A stretch of 62,682 bases of DNA, the filler included, from Kipferlia bialata (lineage: Eukaryota): NCBI GenBank assembly GCA_003568945.1. It is 4 parts of 4 records of this genome, joined end to end, with 100 filler letters (N's around TTAATTAATTAA, not from the genome) between each part and the next. Parts side by side here need not be neighbours in the genome. Positions count along the whole stretch, not along the records: positions 15,712 to 31,319 come from BDIP01000684.1; positions 31,420 to 47,013 come from BDIP01000685.1; 2 more parts are not named here. One strand, given 5' to 3'. Below are positions 27,300-40,519 of this stretch, one piece after another. The position numbers were made by a program, and so were the translations under genes. The notes beneath the pieces were generated by a model. That model was given only the letters and a program-made list of their open reading frames with translations, searched no databases and was not told the DNA's origin. How positions within the stretch are numbered: the stretch's first letter is position 1; each line of letters begins with the position of its first letter.

Positions 27300-27765
27300 T
27301 GACCCCAGGGCACCTCTATCGTGGACTCATGCATATTCAATTAGGGCACTTATGAAATGGAGTATATGTATATGTATCCTTCTGAATGTAATAGTGTCTG
27401 ACCCCAGGGCATCTCCATCGTTCACCCAATAAGAACACATATGTATAAGAGTATGTACAATTACTCCTGAATATGTATATATATGGTGTATGATGCATCT
27501 GACCCCAGGGCACCTCCATCGTTGACACACATGCTTATTCATTTAGTACACATATGATATGGAGTATATGTGATATGGAGTATATGTATATGTACATCAG
27601 CCTATATGTCTGACCCCAGGGCACCTCCATCGTTGACTCCACCCCAGGCACCACAGCAGACACAAAGGTATGGGTATATGTGTATGGTCAGTTATATACA
27701 AAAATATATATATAGAGAGAGAGAGAGAGTATGAATGTACCCCCGGCACCACGGCAGACACTAAG
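27300..27765 (+). repeat. echo array around the HydF G2 exon: three acceptor echoes and one donor echo
   Basis: TCTGACCCCAG|GGCA.. ends at 27308, 27407, 27508 and (full exon) 27619; 3' echo 27739-27765 is followed by GTATGG. Confidence 0.95.
27609..27619 (+). promoter_or_regulatory. representative fused branch point / 3' splice site CT(A/C/G)ACCCC(C)AG
   Basis: Precedes most exons throughout the window on both strands; no separate polypyrimidine tract between branch motif and AG. Confidence 0.85.
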
Positions 27766-28995
27766 GTATGGGTATATATTTGTAATAAGAATAGAGAGAG
27801 AGAGAGATTTCCAATCACAGGTTGCCCTGATGGAGATGCACGGGATGGGCCCAGTCAAGCTGTTCGACACAGCAGGTATGTATATCTATATTGAATATGC
27901 ATTGATGGTTCTGGTATATACAATTGTATCTATAAATATGTATATATGATATATTGCACGGCCCTGTCAAGCTGTTCGACACAGCAGGTATGCCCATGCC
28001 TTAACGATGATATCCATACACATACATATCTATCTGTATGTGTATTCACTCATCTAACCTCATGCCTGACAAGGAGAATAGTGTCTATTATTATTATATA
28101 CTATATAATATACTGTATAATATACTATTATATTTACATTCATTATTATATGTACACTTCACGTACACTACAGTTCTATTATTTCCAAATACTGTTTCTC
28201 ACCCCATGCCTTGACGAGGAGGGTATCCTTGGGAACAAGAAGCATGCCAAGACATACCAGGTATTACAGTGTGTTTAGATATTCACACAGATTCATCGTG
28301 TTATACTGTATGTACATAATATAGTATATATATGATATATTATTAGCAAGAAGCATGCCAAGACATACCAGGTGCCATTTACAAAATTATATTTGACTAC
28401 ATGTGTATACAATAAATGTAACATTCATAGTGATATAGTTGGTACAGGTATATATATGTATTCCACTGGTCACTCACCCGTAGTCCCTTGCCCAGAGTGA
28501 CGTGGCCCTCCTATTATACTAATACCATTTACTAGTGTATATACCATTGAATAGTATATATCAAATTGTTTCTAATCCTCAGTCCCTTGCCCAGAGTGAC
28601 GTGGCCCTCCTGCTAATCTAACATTTATATATACATATGAATATATGTATTATATATGTATTACTATATATAGATACCTCATCTAATCCTCAGTCCCTTG
28701 CCCAGAGTGATGTGGCCCTGCTTCTAGTGGACCCTGCATCAACACCCCCAAGGCAGGGGGACAAGTGTGTGGAGGTATGTATATGTATATATATACAAAT
28801 ATGTATGTATACATATATATATATACCTTGTGGACCCAGCATCCACACCACCCAGACAGGGGGACAAGTGTGTGGAGGTATGTATATATATATGTATATA
28901 TATACAAATATGTATGTATACATATATATATACCTTGTGAACCCAGCATCCACACCCCCAAGGCAGGGGGACAAGTGTGTGGAGGTAAGAATATG

Positions 28996-29031
<36 letters not shown>

Positions 29032-31221
29032 TACTCTGCATCCACACCACCTGTCCTGACATAGTATATATGTGTGTCTCACCTCTCAGTTTGATGTCCT
29101 GTCCCGTGCCAAGAGTGACGGTTAATAATAGTTATATGCTGGGTTATACTCTCTCTCTATATATGTCTCTACACTTTTCAATGTCTCTCTAATCCGTCAG
29201 TTTGATGTCCTGTCCCGTGCCAAGAGTGACGGTGTCCCTGTGGTGGTGGTGTTCAACCACTTTGAGGGCACAACACGGTATGTTCACATATATATATATG
29301 GGCTTCTTAAGTATATATACTTTTTAACACAGGATTATTGTTTAATATATATATACATATATATATGGGTGTTCAACCACTTTGAGGGCACAACGCGGTG
29401 AGTACAGTGTTTCGTTTGTTGTCTACGTATTGTGAATCTATTTTTCATTGGTTAATGTATTTGACCCCCAGTGACTCCTCTGAGGAGTGCTATATCGTCC
29501 TTGCTCTCTGTCTCTCTCTCTCTCTCTTCCTCTCATATATATATGAATATCTCACCCCAGTGACTACTCTACCGAGCACATATCTCTCTCTCTCTCTCTG
29601 TCTCCCCCCATCATCATATATATATATATATATATTATTATATATATATATATACCTCTACCCCTCAGTGACTACTCTGCCGAGTGGTGCCGTGCCCTAG
29701 GTGATTATTATATATATATCAATTATTAATACATATATATATATATTGTCTTTAACATATATAAGTATATCTAACCTTAGTGACTACTCCGATGAGTGGT
29801 ACCATGCCCTGGGTGATTAATACTTATATTTATATATATATATACGATATGTATTAATATATATGTATAATGTCTCTTATATCAGTGACTACTCCGATGA
29901 GTGGTGCCATGCCCTTGGTGTGGGGACAGGGGCAGAGGGGGTCACAGTCATCAAGACAGGTGGGTATATGTCATATACACAGATTAAGAGAGATACCATA
30001 CTGGTGTCATCATTATAGGAATATGAATTGTATATATGAACGCATTACTCACTTCACGATCCCTCTATTATTCTCTCTAATATATATACACCCCTGACCC
30101 CAGACCTGTCCAAGGACGTGGTGGCCCATGAGGTGGTGACTGACATACTGCAGGTATTGTCGATAGTAATATATATAGATACATATATATACATATATCG
30201 ATAGATAGATAGGTATAAACCAGTGTATACTAGTATATGTATGATTATGTGGTGGCCCATGAGGTGGTGACAGACATTCTGCAGGTATTTATGGAGAGTA
30301 GTATATATATATATATATAGATAGATATCAATAGATTGATAGACTACGAGTGTATACTAGTATATATTTAGGTGTGTTGTAGCCCATGAGGTGGTGACTG
30401 ACATACTGCAGGTATCATAATATATATGCCTACTAGTGTATACGCGTTCACTAATATATTGTAATTGGTATGCAACTAGTACCACAATATATATACTTAT
30501 ATACATATACTAATATATATTCTGACCCCCAGGCCACCAAGAAGAAGACCAGGGCCCTGCCACCACTACTGCCAACAAGCATCACAGGTATAGGGAGTCT
30601 ATATTCTCATGTTGTATTGATGTGTATGTATATACACACACTGTCCCTACTGCCCACAAGTATCACAGGTATCGGGTGTATGTATGTACTACCGTTGAGT
30701 TTTATATTATTTGCATATATATGTACGTATTTAGACACTCTGCCACCCCTACTGCCAACAAGCATCACAGGTATAGGGATGTATATACATACCACGGTAT
30801 CGGTAAATATATACGATATGGTAAATATATATACACCCATACTTGATTACTGCGATAGGATACTGTGGTGGGGTCTCTGCCTCTAACAGGTAATCGTCTA
30901 GATAGGCTACTTTTGTGTACGCCTAACCTATATGCAGCAAGGGGTCTGTTGTGCTATAGAAGTATATTAACTAGTATATTCTAACTATTTTGTGTATGTG
31001 TATCTCTCTAACCTATAGGCAACAAGGGCTCTGTTGTGCTCAACATCCCCATGGACGATGAGACACCGGGGTCAAGACTGCTCAGACCTCAGGTATATAT
31101 ACATATATCACTAGCTACTCATGTGCATTTTGACCATATATGTGTATTGCATGTGCCCTCATTCCCAGGCCATGTGTCAGGAGCACCTGCTTGGGAACTT
31201 TGTCACAACGGTGGCATACAG
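27620..31221 (+). CDS. hydF: [FeFe]-hydrogenase H-cluster maturation GTPase HydF (partial: G1 motif and C-terminus missing)
   Basis: Spliced product GTSIVDSTPGTTADTKVALMEMHGMGPVKLFDTAGLDEEGILGNKKHAKTYQSLAQSDVALLLVD...VVLNIPMDDETPGSRLLRPQ matches the HydF G2/G3 motifs and the PxDxxxPxGRLxxPQ motif. Confidence 0.9.
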
Positions 31222-31262
31222 GTGTGGTACATGTACATGTAAATATATATATATGTATATGT

Positions 31263-31319
<57 letters not shown>

Positions 31320-31419
31320 NNNNNNNNNNNNNNNNNNNNNNNNNNNNNNNNNNNNNNNNNNNNTTAATTAATTAANNNNNNNNNNNNNNNNNNNNNNNNN
31401 NNNNNNNNNNNNNNNNNNN
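31320..31419. other. artificial scaffold-joining spacer
   Basis: N-run + TTAATTAATTAA + N-run, 100 nt. Confidence 0.97.
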
Positions 31420-34400
31420 TCCACCCTCTTCTGACCCATAGTGGGGAGGTAGACCACACACGCAGAGTGGGGGGAGAGGGTGAGGTCACCATAGTGCCTG
31501 TATGCACCATGGAGTGTCTCCCCAAAGCGTAGCCCCAGCTGCCGCCTCACCATATCCTCCACCGTCTCATTGTTCATGAGTAGATGGTCGAGGGCGTCCT
31601 CTGCAAACTGGGGGTCCCCGTACATGGTACCTCTCTGCCACTCCTCGACCTGGGTGAGGTGGGGGTATCATAGCGTATGGAGAGGGGAGTATCAATGGAA
31701 TGCAGGAGGTATCATACTCAGGTTATGGCATAATATCCAATGTATATCCAATGGATGTAGAACCCTGACCGCAACGAGATAACCAACAGGAACAAACTCT
31801 GCAATCACTACATTTACACACCTCGTTGCGTGGCGGTTCTCTCTCTAGGACAGCGTCACATGCTGCCTGCCCGTGCTCCAGCTGACAGTGCCGGCAGAAA
31901 CCCCCATGAGCCATGCGGTCCTCGCTCTTCTGGGATATTAGCATGGATGGAGTGGAACCGTGTTACTCCAAGACAACACCAGCTATACTGAGAGTACTGA
32001 TGTGGTTTGTGAGTAGGTGTGAACAGATTCCCGATAATTATAGTCAGGGTATGAAGAGTTATAGTGGAATATGCGAAGTAATCACTACCAAGTACTCACT
32101 ATTAGGTATGGAAACAACAAGGTGGAAAATTGATCACCTTTACGAACTCGTAGCACCTCCGGATCTCGAAATTCTGTGGGTGTTCTGCCAAGGCACTGCC
32201 AATGCAGTCGCCGATGTTATGGTCGGCCAGTACTCTCATGTCATCTGGGGGGTTATATACAACATATATACAACATATATACAACTTATATACATGCGGA
32301 TGAGTTCCTATTGTACATCATGATCGTACAGTATTATATATCCCATCATCACCATATATAGTTCGTGGATAATAGTAGAATCACAAAACATCTACATACT
32401 GGCGGTAACCTGCCAGTTGCCGGCTGCTACACGTAATAACATGGAAAAGGGACCACTGATATGTGCAATACAGACTACCTTCCACGTATACATATAGTGG
32501 TATACTTGTATGTGAATGGTCTGCACTCACCACATATGGCAAACATGTTCTGGAACAGAAGCACAATGATCTTTGCCGGCCCCTCATGTGCCCTGTGCAT
32601 GTTGAGCGATGCCAGGAGGGTACGGACATTGTCCTCTTCGAGCACACACTCAAGAGCAACGGGGTCTGGGTGGAGGAAGAACCGGTAACCGATACGGATA
32701 GTGAAACTGTTACTGACACCAAGGACTCCAGATGTCTAGATGTAGCAAGAGTGCAATCGACGAATAGAACATATGCCAGACGTGTGGTCGGTCCAGGTTC
32801 TGAATGTACATACTCACCACGTCATACCTGCCTTGGCGCACCTCATCAGTATCGAGGCGCAGGAGTGACAGAGACTCCAGGCCTCTGGCTGACGTTAAAA
32901 TGTACATGCCCTGGGAGACAACTCGTAAGCAACACCTTACACAAGGGTACACATCTTGTCGCAGGCGCATACATTTCCCAGTGTGTTACTGCACACTGTA
33001 CTCATATATATATAATATATACATTCATAGTATGAATAATACCTGCATGAAGTCGGACATGGCTTGAAGGGCCCACTTGTGGACACCAATCTCAACAACA
33101 GCCCCAATGCAGGAATCTACGGGTAAGGGTATATACAGAGGAACCTGAGGAGGAGGTAAGAGAAATAGAGATCTCGCAGATACCAATGTGCCTTCCCGCA
33201 TACTGTATGTCTGTACAGTGCCCATACTCAAAGACTAGATTCAGACGAGTCATCAAATACCTCCTAGTACCCGGCCCATACCAACAGCCATGAACACAGT
33301 CATGGCGTGCTTGGCTAGACCCATCTCATCAGGATGGGTAAGCATCACAGACCGAATCGCCTGGAGTGCACCCGCCTGTATGTTGGTGATAGTGACAATA
33401 TCCAAGTATATACATGAGCACCTATATGTATGCAGGAGGCACTGGATACAATATAGGCTACAATAGAAGCTACAACGTCACACCTCAAGAAGAGCAACTT
33501 GGGTTTCGCGGGAATCACGAGCTGGAGTAAGCGTTGAGAGCAGGCAAGCTATAAGTGTTAAGCTGACAAACAGAGACACAGCATAACCTATCAACCGTAT
33601 ACCAGGCGTGTAAAGTACGAGATTACCAATATTTGAACACTAGTGTGTACAATATCACAATACACAGAGACCCCAGGCCACCCACCCCCGGACACCCCCA
33701 AGATCACGGACACAAACCCCTCGCACAGGTCAACGGGTAGGCCTGGGGTGGCCATGGCGGCCATTGCAAAGTGGTGGACACCGAGGGAGATGGCAAGGGG
33801 CCCGTTGGCTGGGGTGATATACCGCATCGATATATTTACTATATCGACGTCTGTGTGTGTATATATATGATCAGAGGGAAATATTCACCACGGTAGTTGA
33901 GAGACAGAGGGAGGGAGAGAATATACGACAACGACCAGTACAATTACAGTACTCAAGAATGGAGCACAACAGTCGGAGGATTGTCTTCTCACTTCCAAGC
34001 GCAGGAACCACGGGCCCACTTTGGGTAACTGTTAGGTCCTACCTCCTGCTGCTATGGACACTGCACCCATTGTTTGCATGAGTGCATCATACTCTGTGTC
34101 ATCTAGCTCAGGCCGACTCTGGACCACCTTGTGTAGCCTCTTTAGAGCTCCTAGGAGGCTAGGCAGCATGCCAGACTTGAAAGAGACACTGTCTGGCCAT
34201 GAGGCGAGGGTGTAGCGAGAATGGGGGCGGGGGTAGAAGACAGAGCCTTACAATGTCTGATATATTGGGTTACGCTCACATGTACCAAACTATCACCCTA
34301 TTGAAGGGCGCACGATAGAAATAGGCATATCTAGCTCTAATGTACCTCTACGATCGAACTCCATGATACTGCGTATAATGGACAACACCCAAAGCAGGGT

Positions 34401-35290
34401 GTCAGAGCTGCACGTGTTAACAGTGTCTGCCAGGTATGCTAGGAATGACTTGGTGTGAAGACGGGGGGAGGCGGGGGCTGGGTTTAGAATAGGTGATGTT
34501 CTTACCTATAGAGAGTACAAAGGTTACATGCATCTGAGTAGCTGTACATATGCATTCATACCTAGATGGCACAGCATGTCCAGCAGATGGAAGCCGACGC
34601 CGTGAGTGGCAAACTCTGACGGGTACTGGGGCACCCCTAGTGTCACCAGGGCCCCTACCACCCACCTCACTGCACCTAAGGACACCAGTTCAGCCCGGTA
34701 ACGCTCCTCTGTAATTAGACGGGAAGAAATACTATCATCATTGCGATGAAGTACCAAATCTACAACACAATATGGTGATCACTTGTGCACCTGTCTTGGC
34801 CACCTTGCTGTTGTGTATCTCGCATGCTTCTAGCTCTGGGGTGCCTGAAGTCAGTGGGAGAACAGAGAAAAAACAGAGAACATAATGAATGTATGCATTC
34901 CTACCTATATACATATAGTCCTTAGTCCCGGGAATCAGGATGCCACTAATACTAAACTGTTCTATACCTTATACTCTAGACTATAGTCTAATCACACACA
35001 TAGAGATACCCAGTGATAAGTAAGTATCAAGGGATAAGACAATATCACCAACAGTAGAACACGAGGGCGGACACAGGATATGAAAATTCCAGTGCCAACA
35101 ACTACTAATGGAAGGGAAGGGAATATACACACATTCATAGACAATATCCAAGATTGGGGGTGATACTTGCCTTCCGCTATCGCACGCAAAACCACGAGAG
35201 CAAATACGGTGGTATAGTGATTATGTCCGTAGTGCTTCAGCACCTCCAGCGCTACAGTGTGTGCCCCCAGGCGGTATAGACCATGACACC
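31420..35290 (-). CDS. hypothetical alpha-helical (armadillo-like) protein, partial
   Basis: Splice-bounded exons such as LGAHTVALEVLKHY, ELVSLGAVRWVVGAL, AGALQAIRSVMLTHP, EIGVHKWALQAM and DHNIGDCIGSALAEHP resemble ARM repeats; the exon chain was not fully resolved. Confidence 0.45.
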
Positions 35291-35956
35291 CTGTTGAGTT
35301 GGCAAATGGCATAAACACAAGCTATAACTACACCAGTCTGCGAGGGGGGGGGGGGGGGGGGGGGGGCGGCTAGAAAGTGTGGGACATANNNNNNNNNNNN
35401 NNNNNNNNNNNNNNNNNNNNNNNNNNNNNNNNNNNNNNNNNNNNNNNNNNNNNNNNNNNNNNNNNNNNNNNNNNNNNNNNNNNNNNNNNNNNNNNNNNNN
35501 NNNNNNNNNNNNNNNNNNNNNNNNNNNNNNNNNNNNNNNNNNNNNNNNNNNNNNNNNNNNNNNNNNNNNNNNNNNNNNNNNNNNNNNNNNNNNNNNNNNN
35601 NNNNNNNNNNNNNNNNNNNNNNNNNNNNNNNNNNNNNNNNNNNNNNNNNNNNNNNNNNNNNNNNNNNNNNNNNNNNNNNNNNNNNNNNNNNNNNNNNNNN
35701 NNNNNNNNNNNNNNNNNNNNNNNNNNNNNNNNNNNNNNNNNNNNNNNNNNNNNNNNNNNNNNNNNNNNNNNNNNNNNNNNNNNNNNNNNNNNNNNNNNNN
35801 NNNNNNNNNNNNNNNNNNNNNNNNNNNNNNNNNNNNNNNNNNNNNNNNNNNNNNNNNNNNNNNNNNNNNNNNNNNNTTTTGTGTTTTTTTTTTTTTTTGG
35901 GGTCCCCCCCCCCCCCCCCCCCTTCTCATTAGTAGTGTGACCCCTCTCTGTCTCTG

Positions 35957-38900
35957 ATGAGTGTCAAGCAGAGGGCAGGGCTGGTGTCAGCACGGCTCCC
36001 CCAGCCATCGGGATTCCTGTACAAGGGTAAAGGGGCGGACCAGGGCTATGTGGCCTACCAGCCCGAGACCGACTCTACACAGGGCATGGGTGGACAGGAC
36101 CCCCTAGCTGTGTGTCTGCGTGGTCTGGAGGCTGCCTGTGGGGCATATCACACCCAGTACAGGGCAGGGGGTCAGCCCTGGCGCCTCAAGACTGTGTCTG
36201 CCAAGCACCGCCGCACCCTGCCCCAGGATATGGGCGAGGAGGAGGCTGACATACCCGAGGAGCCCAAGGAGGAAGTGCAGAGTGAGAGGACACGGCGCAC
36301 AAGGGGGAGGGGCCGTAAGAAGGAGCTGGAGAGGGAGAGGGAGGCCGTATCTGCCACTCCATCCAGTGCTCTGCCCCCTATACCCTTGAAGGGAGGCGCC
36401 ACACCCATAGTGAAGACAGAGACACAGGGGGGAGACACCCCTCAGCAGGAGAGGCTGATACCTGTCCCCTCGGAGGCTACCAGTCCCTCTATCAAGGATA
36501 CTCCTAAGGGTACTGCCAAGGATACCCCAAAGGCCAAGGCAGCTGACAAGGACGGCAAGACACCCGACAAGAGGGGGATAGTGTTCCCGGTCTCTCTCAA
36601 GTACAGCCTGAGTACTGACCTTCTTGCCATCGCCACCACCCCTCTGCTCAGCATGGACCAGCACCGCGAGATAGCAATCAGTGCTGAGAAGGCAGCCAGA
36701 GAGGCTGAGAAGGCGAGGCAGGAGGAGGCGAAGCGGCAGGGAGAGGCCAGTGCCGCCGCCTCGTCTGGATCTATGTCTGTGTCTATGGAGGGACTGGAGG
36801 GACTGTCTCTGGTGGGTCAGGTCGATGTGCTGGAGGGGGAGAGAAGGGTCAAGGAGGAGGGGGAGAGCGAGGGAGAGGAGGCCGAGGCTGAGGCACATGA
36901 CATAGCCAGGGGCCACTGGGCCTGTGACACAGTGGCTCTCACCCGCTCCCACCCGGTCCAGGCCACCCCCCGCCCCTCTGTCCTACCACAAGGTGTGCGT
37001 CTCAAGGTGAAGGTGGGTGACATGAAGGAACACGGCAAGGCGGTTCATGCGGAGATAGCCCGGGAGGAGGGGCTGGGCATGTTCACAGTCCTGCAGCAGA
37101 GGGAGGCAGCCCTGTTTGGGAGGGACAGGGACGGGGACTTCGCTGGTGTGGATGTAGGGGGGGACTCCCTGCTGGAAGGGGTAGATACTGCAGGGGAGGC
37201 ACAGGCAGACACCAAGGCCAAGCCAGTAGAGAAGAGACCCCGGTCCAAGCCCAAGCCTGTGGTGAAGGTGCCCAGGAGAGTGGCCTTCTCGCCCCCAGAG
37301 CCAGTCTCGCCTGAGGCTGACGCCCTCGCCCTTGCCTCCAGACCCTCTGCCCTCATGTGGCGGCTGGAGGAGCTGCTAGCCTCACAGAAGAGACGCAAGG
37401 TGCAGCTGGACGACATACTCAAGTACATTGACGGCCTGGTGAAGGAGGGACAGCCACTGCTCACTGGGGAGATGAACGTCTGTGACGCTGTGCTATCCGC
37501 CCTCAATCTGATGTCGTCACCCCCTTCCCCCGAGGCCACACGTGCTGCTCTCAAGGCAGTGGAGGGAGGGGTGTCCCCCTTGGCAGTTGGTGAGGCACTG
37601 GCAGGGGAGAGCAACACCATAACAACAGGGGCAGGTGCAGATACCACCGCACCCACCCCTGCCACTGCGACTGATGCCAAGGACAAGGATAAGGATAAGG
37701 GCAAGGGTACTGCCCCAGCTGAGACTAAGGGCGCTGCGTCTGGTGGTAAGGGGGCAGCCCCCAAGGCTAAGGGCGGCCTCAGGGTCAGGGGGGTGAAGCC
37801 GTCTGTGGCAGCCAGTGGCGATCCCTGCATAGCTACCTATGAGGTGGCCGATGGGGAGAGGGCCAGGGTGGAGAGAACTCTGTACTCGGGGACCGTGGTG
37901 GCCAGGCTGCCTCCCCCCTCGCAGACCCTGCCCCCCAACCCCAGGTTCAAGGATGCCGTGTACCTCAGGGGGACAGCTCGCATCAGCCAGACAGGTGAGG
38001 GTGTTGACTACTCCAATTCTATACTGAAACGCATACTGACCATTATCTGTTGTCGTAATCTATTGTCTAACCCTCAGCCCTTATGCCCCAGCAGGGTGGT
38101 GCAGTCGTTGCTTCTGTCCGCTTCCCATCCCTCAAGGGTGGACAAGAGGCCGAGCGGGAGAGGGAGAGGGAGAGGGAGAGGGAGAAGGAGCGGGAGAAGG
38201 AGCTCCTGAAGGCCAAGGCCCTGGCCGCCGAGGCTGCCGCTGTCGCAGGGACAGGCGACAGCCCCAACACTGGGTTTGTCTCCTCCTTCCCCCCCTGCCC
38301 CCACTCTGTAGTACAGCTTCACCCAGACGGGGCAGTCTACGAGCTCCTCTCCTTTGGGTGCGACCAGGCCGAGAGGGACCAGTGGCGGAAGAGGCTGGAT
38401 GAGATCGGGGCCTACTACGAGAAGGTCCTGGTGCCTGCCGCCGTGGCCGAGGGTGAGCTGAGGCGCGACCTGCAGCACTGCGAGAGTGCGGATGTGACTG
38501 CATACCTCGACAAGGCCAAGGCCTCTAGCGCCATACTGACCAAGAGGCTGGAGACAGTGGCACAGCACAAGGGCAGGGTCGTGGGGACAGTGGTGCCGCC
38601 CAATGCAGCGGAGGTGGCAGGGCTCCAGGTGGGGATCTATACTGTACACAAGAGTTTCTGGATTTACCCACAATGATAGTTCTCCTTCTACCCATCATCT
38701 AACCGTTAGGCTCAGGAGAGGCTTCGCTTCCGTTGGCTGTACTCCTGTCCATTCCCATATGTCCTTGAGGGCAAGAGGAGCCTGGCCCCAGCGCTAGGAC
38801 CGAGGTACGGGGAAGACAGTGTATTACCCATATATTCCTCTTGGTACATATATATCAGTATGTCAGTATATTGTGTACCCCTCTCTCTAACCCCCCTAGG

Positions 38901-40317
38901 TTCCTGTCCATCAGACTATACTTGTGTTTATCCTTCTACAGTGTGATAGTGTGTGTAGTGTACCCCTCTTTCTAACCCCCCCCAGGTTCCTGTCCATCAG
39001 ACAGACTGTGGCCCTCATCACATTATTGTATATAATAATAGTGTATTATTATTGTATTACGTGACCCCCAGGTTCCTGTCCATCAGACTATAATTATTGT
39101 ATATAATAATAGTATATAATTGATGTATCACCTCTAACCCCCTTAGGTTCCTGTCCATCAGACAGACTGTGGCCCTCATCACGGACAGACCCAACTCGGC
39201 CTCAGTGCTCAACCTGGTCAGAGACGCCACGGCCAGACTGCCACACGGTAAGTGACTATATATATATATGTCTCAGTACCCCTCTCTGACCCTTGCAGGT
39301 GTTGGCACCAGACAGGACGTGGTGGCAAGCATAGCGAGTGGGTCCTATCTAGCTAGGAGAGTGCCCATGTCCAAGCTGAGCACCATGGTGTCATGCGCCC
39401 TGGACAGACTCTCAAGCCCAAAGACAAAGTGCGGCAGTCTTGTATACATGTATCACAGATGTATCAGTACATATTTTCTACTGATTCTGATACTCTCAAA
39501 CCCAAAGACAAAGTGTGACAGTCTTATATATATATATATATATATATTTAAATCACATACTAACTCTATGTCCTCATTATCCTTTTGTCCCCTATGGTGA
39601 TGTATTCTCTACTGTAGTCTAGCCCCCTCTCAACCTCAGGTTCCTGACCTATGTCCAGGGCTACAGAGTGTGGTACGCACACACCACTCCTAGCATGAGC
39701 CACTCAGGTCAGGGCATATATACGTGTATATATGGCATCGAGTAGTATTCCATCATACTAAGATACAACGTGTCAACTCACCCCTAGGCCCCATGCCTGT
39801 CCTCCCCCTCTCTCTGGTAGAGACTGCCAAGATCAAGAGACGGGTGGGCAGGAGCACGAAGAAGGCAGTAGAAGCAGCAGCGTCCCCCGCTCCAGCTAGG
39901 AAGCGTCGTCCCAGGCCCTCCCCCTCCAAGCGTGCCTCCTCAGCCAAGGGAGAGGGTACAGGGGTGGGGGGTGTAGTGCGGGTGAGGGAGTCCCAGATGA
40001 CTGAGGAGGAGCTGGAGGCACACAACAAGATGGTAGCAGAGAGCCTCGACCTATCATTCTCCTCTCCGTCTCCCTCGCCATCCCCAACCGCCGCCTCTCC
40101 CTCTCCCTCCCCTTCCCCGAGTGTTGTTGTCGGACTGGGCGCCTCTTCTCTGCAGGAGTCTCAGAGTGTGCCTTTTATACCGGATGTCACTGACCTAGGC
40201 ACAGACCAGCCCATCAAGCTAGAGACTGGTGTTGGTGTTGATGAGTACGAGGGATTGGAGGGTGTTGGCGGCACTGAGGGAGGAGAACCCAACACAGGCG
40301 ATACCACCATGACATAA
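35957..40317 (+). CDS. NFRKB: NFRKB-like (INO80 complex subunit G) protein
   Basis: Spliced QAQERLRF...LNLVRDATARLPHGVGTRQDVV...MVSCALDRLSSPKTKFLTYVQGYRVWYAH matches the NFRKB core (LVRDAAARLPNGEGTR...VVSGALDRL...KLWIYLH); 7 exons; stop at 40315-40317; start uncertain because it is next to a gap. Confidence 0.8.
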
Positions 40318-40519
40318 ATGGGTTATCTTTTATGTATTGTGTGAATGGCTGTTGCCTGTTTTCCCTCATATTGTGTCACACCATCGCACCGGAACGTGTG
40401 AATAGAACACAGAGTGGTGTACTGAACTGTTTTTGCTTCAGGGTCAGAATTGATTGGTTGTTCGGTTTGAAATGAACGTCCAATCAGCTGCAGCATCTTC
40501 TCTTTCAGGACAATCACAT

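Noticed and set aside
27300..30410. CRISPR-like repeat-spacer arrays
   Set aside because: The repeats are copies of adjacent exon ends with splice sites and variable length, the spacers are microsatellite-like, and there are no cas genes.
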